Assembly: GCA_963850255.1 (NCBI GenBank)
Contig: CAWKLL010000030.1
Location: forward strand, 1,958-65,957
Source: an uncultured Gammaproteobacteria bacterium
GTDB lineage: Bacteria > Pseudomonadota > Gammaproteobacteria > Steroidobacterales > GCA-2729495
DNA: 64,000 bases
Reading direction: 5' to 3'
The position numbers were made by a program, and so were the translations under genes. The notes under the pieces were generated by a model. That model did no database searches. It had not been told where the DNA came from and was given only the letters and a program-made list of their open reading frames with translations. This document shows positions 31,025 to 41,594 of this stretch, piece after piece (the first letter of the stretch is position 1; each line of letters begins with the position of its first letter).

Positions 31025-32566
31025 ATGGCAGCCGTAGCAAGTCTTGCTGAACTGAAACAACGTTACGCCCTGAATCTGCCGGCTGAGATCCCGGGCTGGG
31101 TGAATGGCGCGCGACTGGACGTGAGCCCGGAAGCCGAGCGTCTGAAAAACTATTACCCGGGTACGGGTGAGTATCTTTACGATCTGGTCGAGACCAGCGT
31201 CGAGCAAGTCGACGGCGCCGTTCGCGCTGCGCGTAATGCCTTTGATAAGGGTAGCTGGGCGCGCCTGCCGCATCGCGAGCGCAAGCGAGTTATTCGTCGC
31301 ATTACCGACATTCTGGAAAAGCATAGCGAGGAACTGGCGATCATTCAGTCGCTGGAAGTCGGACTGCCGCTAAACGGTGTGAAAAGCATGCACATGGCGC
31401 GCACCATCGAGAACTTCGATTTCTTCAGCGAAGTTGCGGGCACCATGGCCGGGCAGGCCTTCACGCAAACCGGTGACTACCTGTCGGTAGTGACCCGCGA
31501 GCCGGCCGGCGTAGCAGCGATCCTGTCGCCCTGGAACGCACCGCTGGTGCTGTCCTCCATGAAGCTGGCTGCGGCCCTGGCGCTGGGCAACACCTGCGTA
31601 ATCAAGCCGTCGGAGTACTGTCCCTACTCACTCCTGCGCTTTGTCGAACTGCTGCAGGAAGCCGATCTGCCGCCCGGCGTGATCAACCTGGTGAACGGCC
31701 GGGGCCCCGTGACGGGCCAGGCGCTGGTCTCGCACCCCGGCGTGGACGTGATCGGCTTTATCGGCGGCACCGCCACCGGCAGCGCCATCATGTCTGCGGC
31801 AGCCAAAACGATTAAAAAAGTGGGCCTGGAATTGGGCGGCAAGTCGGCCAATATTGTGCTCGCCTCGGCGGATCTCGAGCAGGCCATCGACGGCTCATTG
31901 CTGGCGATTCTCACCGGCAGCGGTCAGCAGTGCCTGGCCGGTTCGCGAATCCTGGTGGAACGACCGGTGGCCGATGAATTCATCGCCGCCTTTAGCGAGC
32001 GCATGAGCAACGTGGTGGTGGGCGACCCGTTCGCATCAAGCACCGAAGTGGGGCCCATGGCCTTTGCCCGGCATCGCGACAAGGTGCTGTCCTACGTTGG
32101 CATCGCTGAAGCGGAAGGCGGCCGGCTGCTGTGCGGGGGCAAGGCTGCTGAGGGCCTGGGCGACGGCTATTACGTGCAACCCACGGCGGTACTGGCTACT
32201 TCGAACAGTTCCCGCGTTTGCCAGGAAGAAATTTTCGGGCCCTTCGCCACCCTGCAGGTGGTGGATGATGCCGAACAGGCCATCACCATCGCCAACGATT
32301 CGGAATACGGTCTGGTCAGTTACGTCTGGTCGCAGGACCTGCCCACAGTGATGAACGTAGCGCAGAACATCAAGGCCGGCACCGTGTGGGTCAACACGCC
32401 GCTGGCGCGCGATTTACGCGCACCGTTCGGTGGCTACAAGCAATCCGGCCTGGGCCGCGACGGGCTGCAGGCCTCGGTCGAGTTAATGACCGAGGAAAAA
32501 ACCATGATGGTGCCGACGGGCGTGCTTACCCTGCCCCGCCTGGGACTCAGGAAAGATCAGCAATAA
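31025..32566 (+). CDS. NAD(P)-dependent aldehyde dehydrogenase
   Basis: 513-aa ORF. Contains SPWNAPL, the catalytic Glu block VGLELGGKSANIV, the catalytic Cys block GQQCLAGSRI, and EEIFGP. Confidence 0.88.
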   Translation: MAAVASLAELKQRYALNLPAEIPGWVNGARLDVSPEAERLKNYYPGTGEYLYDLVETSVEQVDGAVRAARNAFDKGSWARLPHRERKRVIRRITDILEKHSEELAIIQSLEVGLPLNGVKSMHMARTIENFDFFSEVAGTMAGQAFTQTGDYLSVVTREPAGVAAILSPWNAPLVLSSMKLAAALALGNTCVIKPSEYCPYSLLRFVELLQEADLPPGVINLVNGRGPVTGQALVSHPGVDVIGFIGGTATGSAIMSAAAKTIKKVGLELGGKSANIVLASADLEQAIDGSLLAILTGSGQQCLAGSRILVERPVADEFIAAFSERMSNVVVGDPFASSTEVGPMAFARHRDKVLSYVGIAEAEGGRLLCGGKAAEGLGDGYYVQPTAVLATSNSSRVCQEEIFGPFATLQVVDDAEQAITIANDSEYGLVSYVWSQDLPTVMNVAQNIKAGTVWVNTPLARDLRAPFGGYKQSGLGRDGLQASVELMTEEKTMMVPTGVLTLPRLGLRKDQQ

Positions 32567-32819
32567 TCTTTTCGATCAGTGCGCTGCGCTCAAGCTTTCT
32601 GTGCTGACTGGCCTCGGGCCCGGGGGTAAAGGCATCAACGGCCTCCGGCGACAACAGATCGTGCTCTGCCAGCAGCAATTCATGACTGTGCAGCCGGTCA
32701 CGCAAAACACTGACTTCCATGGCCAGGCGCAATACCACGGCGACCACCTGGTCGGGGCTTAGCGACTCTATCTGGCGCGGCCGCGGCAGGCGTTCGGGGC
32801 CGGGTGTATCGGTACTCAT
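32547..32819 (-). CDS. small helical protein of unknown function, translationally coupled to the upstream methyltransferase
   Basis: ATG at 32817-32819 overlaps the corrected methyltransferase stop (TGATG). About 90 aa, with no signal peptide and no recognisable family. Confidence 0.4.
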   Translation of the reverse strand: MSTDTPGPERLPRPRQIESLSPDQVVAVVLRLAMEVSVLRDRLHSHELLLAEHDLLSPEAVDAFTPGPEASQHRKLERSALIEKIIADLS

Positions 32820-33953
32820 CAACCCGCCTCCTTGTGACCACCAAAGATGTGATATTCACCCTGGCCGAGCGGGTCGTACTCGGCAAAAGCCTTGTCGGCG
32901 TCGAAAGCCGGCGGCAATCAGTTCATCGCGCATATTCATATCGGCATAACCGACCCAGAACGGCTCGCCGTTGTTCACCACCTGCCAGGCATTCGTCACC
33001 TGCTTGGGGATCGACAGGCGCGCTGGCTGATAGGGTGTATCGCCGTTCAGAAAAACGCCGCCTGGCGCCAGCACCCGGTAAGCCTCGCGCATAATCTCGG
33101 GCAGGATGTCGAACCAGGTTTCATGGAACAGAATGTGCGACATGATCAGGTCGAAGTGCTGATCCGGAAAGCCTGTCTTGCGGGCATCGGCCTGGCGGAA
33201 ATTTATCGCGTGCCCGCAGTCTTCAGCCCAGGTATGGGCGAAACTCAGCAAAGGCGCCGACAGGTCCAGGCCCCAGACCTCGGCATCCGGAAAAGCTTCT
33301 TTGTAGGCCGTCGTTTCGACACCCACACCGCAGCCGAGATCGAGAATGCGCTTGGGCTGCAGATCGGGGAAACGTCGCTTCAGCGCACCGAGCAGGTAAC
33401 GACCCATGCCGGGCTCGCCCACCTGTACGCCGGTACCCAGCCCCTTGGCATTTCGGTATAGCTCAATGGTGCCGAAGTACTTCAGGCCGGTCAGCAGACC
33501 CTCCTCGACTTGCGAATCGAAGTACCCACCGGGCTGACGATGGATTTCTATGTCGCGAATCGGTTCCGGTAAACGAAGTTCAGTGTCCAGTTCCAGGCGC
33601 CCAAGCTTTGACCCGCTCTCAAGCGCGGCGCGGCACTCAACAAACGCTGGCAATACGCGCTCGCAGGTCTCACCAACGGTTTCCCACATCAGGTCTTGTG
33701 AGGTAAACACCGACGCACCCCAAAGCTGATACCTGTGGCTGTGGGCAAAAGCACTGGCACCCTCGTCGCGGTCGCGCGGCGAATGGCCCTGCGCGCGCTC
33801 AAAGTCCGGCGCCAGCCGGCTCGAATACTCCTCGGCCAGTCGCTGCTCCAGCGGACCATTGACATAGCCCTTCAGCGCGCCAACGAAGGCGTGCCGGGCA
33901 GCCTCATCGTGTGTGGGCAGATAGCTTGAGCGCAAGGTCTGTTTTTCGGTCAT
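32819..33953 (-). CDS. class I SAM-dependent methyltransferase; one frame break near 32905 alters the C-terminus as sequenced
   Basis: SAM motif I KRILDLGCGVGVE. After GGCTT[T]C near 32905 the sequence continues in another frame as DADKAFAEYDPLGQGEYHIFGGHKEAG*. Confidence 0.75.
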
Positions 33954-34182
33954 ACGTCGGGTTCCATTCGAGGCAAATTCACTAGATAAATTCGCTGCCG
34001 GCGACCAGGACGATTCAGGCGGCAGCGTCGCAAAATACCGCCGCCACAGCCGGCAGCGGCTGGAGCAGACTCATTTCCGACATCGACCGAACCGATAACC
34101 GGCCGGCCTGAGCGAACTGCGGTTCCGACACTTTTCCCGGAAAGACCAGTTGCAGTCCGGACCCGCGTCAGCGCAAAGCAGC

Positions 34183-34596
34183 CTAGCGTTTGCGCTCATA
34201 CGGCTTCTTCGACGGTGATCCATCAACGGTGTTCACGTCAAAGCCGAGGAATTTCCAGCCGGCCTTACCTTCCTCCGGCTGCTCTTCGGCATCAGCTGCG
34301 GCGGGGCCGGGCTGAGCCGCAGTTTCGCTGTTGGTAACAGCCGCGCTGCCAGCCGCGACCGACGCAGGCGCCGCGGCGGAGTCTGTCGTTAGCTTACCGA
34401 TGGACATCGCTTTCACACAGGCAGAACCGGCGGCGGTGCGCGCAAGCTCCTCCGACCGCGCATCCCAGGCCGACTCGCCGGCGCGCATTTCCGCGATCGT
34501 CGCAGCCACGATGTCCTGGCAGCTATCTGCCGCCATCGCCGCAGACAGTGCTGACGACATGGCAATGAGAAGCAGCGTCAATAAAAGCATACGCAT
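34183..34596 (-). CDS. small secreted protein, Ala/Pro-rich linker, unknown function
   Basis: The internal start MRMLLLTLLLIAMSSALSAAMA gives a clean signal peptide. The longer track ORF (to 34881) adds an Arg-rich, non-protein-like extension. Confidence 0.45.
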   Translation of the reverse strand: MRMLLLTLLLIAMSSALSAAMAADSCQDIVAATIAEMRAGESAWDARSEELARTAAGSACVKAMSIGKLTTDSAAAPASVAAGSAAVTNSETAAQPGPAAADAEEQPEEGKAGWKFLGFDVNTVDGSPSKKPYERKR

Positions 34597-34871
34597 GACG
34601 TATCTCGAGCATCTAAAACGGCCAATGAGTATACGCGACGTCGCAGCCGCGAGCGCCGGCAACACCCGCACCCGATTAGTGCGCGGGACAAAACCCCTGC
34701 ACCAGAAAAGCGCACTGCGGGCGCTAAACGGCGCCTGCTTAGCACACTGCCGCTTGCGATTAGAGCGTCTAAGGCGTTGGCCCGATATTTGCATCCGAAA
34801 CTCGGTCCGGCCGTTCGCGGGGTTGAGGAACCTCCGCGGACGGGATGCATTCTCTTTGGAGCAAAGTCCTG

Positions 34872-35609
34872 ATGAAAACACCTAAAAAACTGACCCTGGC
34901 GGCCGTGCTCACCGGGGCAATGATTACTGCACCGGCGTACGCCAATGATTTTTCCGCCAACGTTTCGGTAACCAACAACTATATATGGCGTGGCCTGACG
35001 CAAACTGAGAACAATCCGGCGGTACAAGGCGGTATCGACTGGGCCAGCGATTTCGGCCTGTATGCCGGGACCTGGGTGTCTAACGTCAGCTATGAGCCGG
35101 CCGGCGTGTTCAACTACGAGCATGACCTCTACGCCGGTTTCGGTGGCGGCGACGACAACTTCAGCTGGGACGTCGGCTATCTTTACTACAACTATGACAA
35201 GAACGCGGAATTCGACTTCGGCGAGATCTACGGCTCCGTCAATCTGTATGGCCTGAACCTGTCACTTAATGTTCTGGCCAACACTGAGGCTGAGGAAGGT
35301 ACCAATGCGGACGGTTCACGGCAGGACTTCGGCTTCGGCCAGGCGTATTACGTCGCGGCCGACTATGCGTTCGTGGTCGCCGGCGGCCTGGAACTCGGGC
35401 TGCACGTCGGCTACCACGACGGTGATTTCTCCGAGGCGTTTAACGGCGTGGCTGACGGCTACACGGACTACAACGTGTCGCTGTCGCGCGGCGGCTTCTC
35501 CTTCATGATCACCAACACCAATGCTACGGTTCTTCGGCCGATAAGTGGGCCTCGACAACGACGAGCTAAAGTTCGTCGTGTCTTACTCGGTTGACTTCGA
35601 CTTGTTGTC
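34872..35609 (+). CDS. TorF-family outer-membrane porin; two frame breaks near 35526 and 35551 distort the C-terminus
   Basis: MKTPKKLTLAAVLTGAMITAPAYA signal. FSANVSVTNNYIWRGLTQTENNPAVQGGIDW is the TorF/TIGR02001 signature. The true C-terminus ...GSSADKWAS | DNDELKFVVSYSVDFDLLSDD* is readable in the other two frames. Confidence 0.75.
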
Positions 35610-35684
35610 GGACGACTAAACGCCTGGCGGCTGGCCGGAACAGGTGTCGCTATAGGCGCCTGTTCCGGTTACTGACACTGCCCG

Positions 35685-36551
35685 CTACTGCTTCGGGCCC
35701 CATTGTTCGTCGAAGGCCCAGACGTCTTCGAAACCGATCAGTCGGCAGGCATCAGCAAACTCGAACATCGCCTGGCGGGGCGCCGGCGTATTTCCAGTCT
35801 CGCGCAGCGTGCGTAAGGCGGAATCAATTGCGGCCAGCGCTGACAGCGGGCTCATGGCGGGGTAGATCGCGCAGGCCACACCAATTTCGGAAAGCTCTTC
35901 GGCGGAGAAGATCGGCGTGTCGCCGCCTTCAACCATGTTCAGCAGGATCGGCGTATCCAGCTGCCGGCAGGCATCGACCATTTCCTCGCGGCTTTCCAGG
36001 CCTTCCAGAAACAGCAGGTCAACGCCTTCCTCTGCAAACGCGTGCGCGCGGTCGAGCGTTTCCTGGAACCCCTCGCCCTTGCGCGCATCGGTGCGCGCAA
36101 TAATCAGCAGATTGTCGTCGCTGCGAGTATCCAGCGCGACTTTAAGCCGGTCGCGCATTTCCGCAACCGTGACCAGGCGCTTGTTGGGCGTGTGGCCGCA
36201 CTTTTTCGGAAACTCCTGGTCTTCCAGCTGCACACCGGTTACGCCGGCTGCTTCGTAGCCGCGCACTGTATGGCGAACATTCAGCAAGCCACCGTAGCCG
36301 GTATCCGCATCGGCGATGACCGGCGCGTCACTGACCTCGACCAGCCGCGTAATGCGATGTAGCATGTCGGTGTAGGTGGCTATCCCGGCATCGGGCAGGC
36401 CGAGATAAGACGCCATCATCCAGAAACCCGGCGCGTACACGCAGTCAAAGCCGATCCGGTTGATCAGCAATGCGGTCAGCATGTCATAGGCACCAGGCGC
36501 CAGAAAGAATTCGCGGGCCTGGAGTTTTTTCCGAATCGAAGGGTCAGCCAT
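35685..36551 (-). CDS. isocitrate lyase/PEP mutase superfamily enzyme (2-methylisocitrate-lyase/oxaloacetate-decarboxylase-like)
   Basis: 288-aa ORF. Superfamily motifs present: VIADADTGYGG, GVQLEDQEFPKKCGH, IIARTDA. Confidence 0.8.
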   Translation of the reverse strand: MADPSIRKKLQAREFFLAPGAYDMLTALLINRIGFDCVYAPGFWMMASYLGLPDAGIATYTDMLHRITRLVEVSDAPVIADADTGYGGLLNVRHTVRGYEAAGVTGVQLEDQEFPKKCGHTPNKRLVTVAEMRDRLKVALDTRSDDNLLIIARTDARKGEGFQETLDRAHAFAEEGVDLLFLEGLESREEMVDACRQLDTPILLNMVEGGDTPIFSAEELSEIGVACAIYPAMSPLSALAAIDSALRTLRETGNTPAPRQAMFEFADACRLIGFEDVWAFDEQWGPKQ

Positions 36552-36620
36552 AGTTCGTAGTCCCCAGCGACGCGCGCACGGACGGCACGCTGGCGCTATA
36601 ACAATTTTCGATGTGTATCG

Positions 36621-37994
36621 TCAGGCCGGGTTCGCGGCAGCGCGCAGCTGCTCCAGCTGACCACGCGTCAACCGGTAGCGTAACAATATGGGTATCGCGA
36701 GCAAGCTAAGCGCTGCGGGTACCAGCGAAGCTGCAATCTTGACGGCGAACAGCGCGCTTTCCGGCTGGTCGGCGGCCGCTACCTGGCCCTTGATCAGGCC
36801 GAAACCACTCAGCAATGCGCCCACGATGAGCGGCCCGAGCGCGCCGCTGAGCTTTTCGATGGTGGTAAACACGCCGCTATAAACGCCGTCGTTAGTCGTC
36901 CCACTAGTTAACGAGCCGTATTCCATCGTATCCGGTAACAAGGCCAGTCCGGCCAGCAGAGTGCCGGTAGAGGCGAAGCCGATAAACAATGCGCGCACAT
37001 ACATCAGGTAGGCCGCTTCCTGCGGTGACCAGAAAAACCAGCTGGATACAGCCACGGCGTACCAGATGCAAATAACAATGAAGATATCGCGCTTGCCGAA
37101 ACGCCCCATCAGGGCCCGCCAGAAAGGTATCGATACAACCCCGCAAATAGAAAACACCAACAGGTAATTACCGATCTGGCCCGTCGACATATTCAGTACG
37201 TAGCGAAACAAATACGGCGTGCTGGCCAGCACACTGGCCAGCGCCACCAGCTTGCAGAGCTTGACCGCCATCAGCTGCAGGAACGGCGTGTTACCGGCGA
37301 TGGTGCGAAACTGCGCCAGTAGTTGCGCAAGCAGCGGCCGTTGCCCGGCTTCGGCTGGAGCACTTGGCTCATCGTGTCCGGCCGTGGTGACGAAGGCCAC
37401 CAGACCGGCTGCCATGGCGACACCAGCAAAGGTGATACCCATCCAGAAATATCCGTCTGCGCCCTCGCCGGCCCAGGTCACGATCTTCGGGCCGAGATAC
37501 GAACTGATGAGAATACCGCCCATTAAAAACAGCACCCGAAATGACATCAGCCGCGTGCGCGCATCGTAGTCGCGCGCCAGCACGGGCGGCATGGCCATAT
37601 AGGGCACTGAGAACACCGTGTAGGCACTGGCGTGCAGCAGCAGCACCAGGCCGACCAAAGCCAGCGTGGCGAGCGTCGATTCCAGTGGACCAATGGCAAA
37701 CAGGGCGGCGAAAGACGGGCCCAGCAGCAGGCTGCCGAGCAACAAATAGGGTCGTCGCGCGCCCCAGCGATGTCGGGTGCGATCACTGATCACACCCATC
37801 AGCGGATCCGTCACCGCGTCGTAGATTTTTGTGACAAATAACAGCAAGCCGGCCACCACCGGTTCTATGCCGATGATGGAGGTCATGAAGAACAGGCCGA
37901 ACAGCGCCAGACCGTTATACAGCGTGCCGGTGGCGAAGGATCCTGCCCCCCAGCCCAGCTGAACGCCGAGCCCGGCCTGATTAGCCGGCTTCAT
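36621..37994 (-). CDS. MFS transporter, glycoside-pentoside-hexuronide (GPH) cation symporter family
   Basis: 457-aa ORF with about 12 TM segments. GPH signature KIYDAVTDPLMGVISDRTRHRWGARRPY. The start overlaps the upstream stop as ATGA. Confidence 0.8.
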   Translation of the reverse strand: MKPANQAGLGVQLGWGAGSFATGTLYNGLALFGLFFMTSIIGIEPVVAGLLLFVTKIYDAVTDPLMGVISDRTRHRWGARRPYLLLGSLLLGPSFAALFAIGPLESTLATLALVGLVLLLHASAYTVFSVPYMAMPPVLARDYDARTRLMSFRVLFLMGGILISSYLGPKIVTWAGEGADGYFWMGITFAGVAMAAGLVAFVTTAGHDEPSAPAEAGQRPLLAQLLAQFRTIAGNTPFLQLMAVKLCKLVALASVLASTPYLFRYVLNMSTGQIGNYLLVFSICGVVSIPFWRALMGRFGKRDIFIVICIWYAVAVSSWFFWSPQEAAYLMYVRALFIGFASTGTLLAGLALLPDTMEYGSLTSGTTNDGVYSGVFTTIEKLSGALGPLIVGALLSGFGLIKGQVAAADQPESALFAVKIAASLVPAALSLLAIPILLRYRLTRGQLEQLRAAANPA

Positions 37995-38670
37995 GCCGCG
38001 GCCGGATAGTTGATCGAAAAGCCGGCCCGCGTCAGGCGCTTGAGCACGTAGAAACCGCCAAGACCGCCGTAGTTGATGCGCAGATCGTCGTCGAGATAAA
38101 CGATATCGGAATGCAGGCGCGGCGGCTTGAAGTCTTTGGCCAGTGCATCATCGGGCTGCAGGCCGAATTGTTCACGCAGTTGTGCATCGGATTGACCGTC
38201 CGCAGCGCGCAGGGAGACGCGGTAAAAAGCCACACCAAAGCGCTGCGGGTTGTCTGCGTCACCCGTGAATTCGCCTTGCATGACAACAATGCCGTTGGCC
38301 GAGCGATCTTCATTCTGAACGAACACCACATTGTTGTAGGCCCGGGTATCGGCGTGGATCTCCTGGTCAATACTGGTTACGTGCACGGGACATCTTGGGC
38401 AGGTTATTAAAACTTTGATTGGCCAGGCTCGAAGCTATGAATCATCGGCTTGTCATCCGAATGTTTGACCGCGAAGCTGGTGAACAGGCTGGTCCAGACG
38501 CCCTCCACTGTTTCCAGCTCATCAATGGGGGCAGGCACCAGCGTGTGCGCTACCAGCTCATCGAGCAGGCTCTTGAGCTGAAGCTTGTCGGCATCATTCA
38601 TCAGCACCGCGGGGTCCTGGCCGGCAATGAGACCCAGGATGCGTTGTTTCAGTGCTGCGCGCTTATCCAT
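37991..38670 (-). pseudogene. PAP/fibrillin-like protein; two frame breaks near 38388 and 38430
   Basis: Joined reading ...LLDELVAHTLVPAPIDELETVEGVWTSLFTSF...KPMIHSF | SLANQSFNNLPKMS | VHVTSIDQEIH...NNVVF...SDIVYLDDDLRINYGGLGGFYVLKRL. This matches the fibrillin pattern (LExxNPxxxP, GxWxLxYTS, YLDxDLRIxRG). Confidence 0.6.
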
Positions 38671-39042
38671 GCTGCTGACTTGCTTTGCTCAAGGAGCCGC
38701 ATAGTCACCCATGGCCAGCCCGGCCTCAAGGGCGATGCGGGCAAGCCACGGCAAAAGGCCTTTGTGGCTGGAAATTGCGGCAGACGGCCCGAAGCCCTTG
38801 CCCGATCAGCGATGGAGTCGGCCCGGCACAGTGACGATTTCGACCGTTATGCGCGCCGGGTATGGGTGGCAACGTGAAATTCTATCGGCTCCATCTACAT
38901 CTTTGTGTAAGTTGCAACATTCCGTGATAGTTTGATTTCAATGCCTGTTAAGGTATTTAATTAACTAGTCGTCATTCCGTTGTATATGCGCAACATTTGC
39001 TGTCAGCGGTTTCAGGGTGAAGAGCAAAACAGAGGTTTAACT

Positions 39043-41511
39043 GTGAAAGTATTTTCTTTGATTTCAAAGCAGGCACCGCGAGCAATCCTCGCCGTCGCAG
39101 CCTGCTCGCTGCTGCCGGTGCCTGGTCTCAGCCAGGCCTTACAGGAAGAGATTGTGGTCACCGCGCGTAAGCGCGACGAGACGCTGCTGGAGATTCCGGT
39201 CGCGGTCTCGACGCTGAACCAGGACCAGATCATCGAACGCAGCATCCTCGACACCGAATCGCTGTCGGCCTTCACACCGGGCTTTACGCTCCAGAACATC
39301 GGCCAGGGCGGCACCTCCGGACGCAATAACCCGAACATTCGTTTTCGCGGCCTCGGCGTCCAGGCCTCCCAGCCGGCATCCCGTGCGGGCGCGGTATTCT
39401 GGGACGGTGCCTACGTTTCTGACGGCGTCGGCGTGCTGCCCCTGATTGATCTTGAGCGAGTCGAGGTAATCAAGGGTCCGCAAACGGCCTTCTTCGGTCG
39501 AAATACCTTCGCCGGCGCGGTCAACTACTTGCCCGCGATGCCCACTGACGAGGTCACGGGTCGCCTTATTACGCGTACGCGCCTGACTCCGACGGCGACA
39601 GCTACGAAGTGACCGGCGCTGTCGGCGGTCCGATCGGCGATAGCGACTTCGGTTATCGCGTCGCGGGCACTTTCAACAAGCGCGGCGCCGACTATGAATT
39701 CGGTGACGGTATGCCCCTGGGCGAAGTCAGAGACCACCTCGTTCTGGGGTACGCTGACGTGGGACCCGAGCGATGCTCTGTCGCTGCGGCTGTCGAGCTT
39801 CCGGGTAGACTCCAGCGACACCAACGCCCTCGTTACGCAAACCGCGACCGTCACCGGGGGCAACTGCAACGCGCAGTTACTCCGGGCGGTTCCGCGAAGT
39901 GGGCGGCGGCCTGGTACCCGGTGGTTCGTTCGTCGACGGATCAGTCCCAAAAGGCGCAGACCATCTTCTGCGGCGAGCTGCTTGACTGGGATGAAGGCGG
40001 AGAAGTCCTGATTCCTGTATCAGGTGACGACAGGCAACTCGGCGGACCCGCTGCAGACAGCAACACCGTGCGCAACTTGCCGGTGGAATTCAACGGCGAG
40101 GCCATGCCCAGCGCCCCGAATGGTCTCGGCAATGAGTACGAGGTCTGGAGAGCTCACTTCGCCGGCGACTACACCTTTGGCAACGACTACACCCTGTCCG
40201 GCTTTGTCTCGCATGGTGAGTCAGGTTTCTGGAGCATCACTGAGAATAGATTCGGGCGGATTCCCCCATCACTCATTGGCGGATTCCCGCGCAAGGTGAA
40301 AGATACTTCTTATGAGTTGCGTATCGCCTCTCCGCAGGACGGTCGGTTCCGCTGGGGGCTTGGCGTGAGCTACTACGAGCAGGACCAGATCGCAGCTAAT
40401 TACCAGAACTTCGTTGCGGGTGGCGCATCCATGGACATCCAGGAGGGCAAAAACCTGGGTATTTTCGGATCAGTGGACTTCGACATTACCGATACGCTGA
40501 CCGCGTCGTTCGAGGGTCGCTGGGCCGACGACACACAGGAAATCATCTACGAGGGCCCGACGGGTGGTGACACGGGTGCCTTCACCGGCGTGGATCAGTC
40601 CTTCGAAGAGTTCATGCCCCGCGTGATCCTGTCCTGGCAGCCAGTCGACTCGATCAATGTCTACGGCAGCTACTCGAAGAGCTACCTGCAGGGCCTTAGA
40701 ACCAACGCGGTTGCAATATGCTGAATCAGTTTTCCCGGACCCGGGCGACCAGGCTGCGTTTATTGCAACCATCGGTCCGTTTACTCCGATCCAGGAACTC
40801 GACGCCTTCGAAATCGGCTTCAAGCAGCAGATCGGCATCCTCGACTACTCGGTCGCCGTCTACTTCATGGACTGGCAAAACCAGACCTTTTTCGACCTTG
40901 CGCTGCCTAACTTTCAGAGCGTTAATCTCGCCGGCGACGCTGAGTACACCGGCATCGAATTCGAGTGGAATGCGGCAATCACCGATTGGTTCACGTTCAG
41001 CGGCGGCTTCAACTACGTCGACGCGGAGTTCACGGATTTCGGCGGCTCAGGCAGCTTAGCCAGCGAGGTACTCGCGCCTGGCCAGCAGATTCTGCCCGCC
41101 AATCCGACAATACCGGCCGGTCAGCAAATCGACTCCACCGGCTTGTCGCCCCGTTACATCTCGGAAACGACCGGCGTTTTGTCCTTTGACTTCAATTTCC
41201 CGGTTGGGGACATGGGGGTCTACGCGCGGGCCGATGCGATATGGACCGGCGACTTCTACCTCGACAACTTCGAGTACAACCAGATCGAGGGTTACTGGAA
41301 GCTCAACCTGCGCGGTGGTGTGGAACTCACGGAGAGCATTCGCGCAGAAATCTACGCGCTGAACGTGACTGACGACCGCAGTTATCTGACTACGGGCGGA
41401 ACCACTGGCGTCTCTTTCTTCGCCCTTGGAAATCGCAGCGCCTTCGGCACTCTGCCGCCGGCCCGCGAGATCGGCCTGCGCCTGATCGCCAACTTCGGCG
41501 GTGGAAACTAG
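39043..41511 (+). pseudogene. TonB-dependent outer-membrane receptor, frame-disrupted as sequenced (at least 4 breaks)
   Basis: GTG start, signal peptide, plug domain (EEIVVTARKRDETLLEIPVAVSTL, LERVEVIKGPQTAFFGRNTFAGAVNY) and beta-barrel pieces lie in alternating frames (track ORFs 38980-39612, 39694-40011, 39609-40724, 40657-41511). The C-terminal end is PPAREIGLRLIANFGGGN. Confidence 0.85.
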
Positions 41512-41551
41512 TCCTTCGCCAGCTAACCGGATAGCCTCAAGGCTATCGAAG

Positions 41552-41578
41552 AAGGGCCCCTTTCGGGGCCCTTTTTTT
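41552..41578 (+). terminator. rho-independent terminator after the TonB-dependent receptor gene
   Basis: aagggcccc-tttc-ggggccctt stem-loop followed by a T run (41572-41578), 40 nt after the stop at 41511. Confidence 0.75.
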
Positions 41579-41594
41579 CGGCCAGCGAATCATT

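Noticed and set aside
33954-34182. Short reverse-frame peptide (...LVFPGKVSEPQFAQAGRLSVRSMSEMSLLQPLPAVAAVFCDAAA*) as another gene remnant
   Set aside because: I could not match it convincingly to any family, and it is too short and unspecific to call.
34597-34881. N-terminal 95-codon extension of the track ORF 34183-34881
   Set aside because: The extension is Arg/Cys-rich and overlaps the TorF gene start region. An internal Met yields a textbook signal peptide, so the shorter gene is preferred.
38671-38870. Possible riboswitch (for example cobalamin) or dead gene in the GC-rich half of the receptor upstream spacer
   Set aside because: I could find no B12-box-like or other riboswitch core sequence on either strand, and no frame gives a family-like translation. 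It also lies mostly upstream of the likely promoter island.
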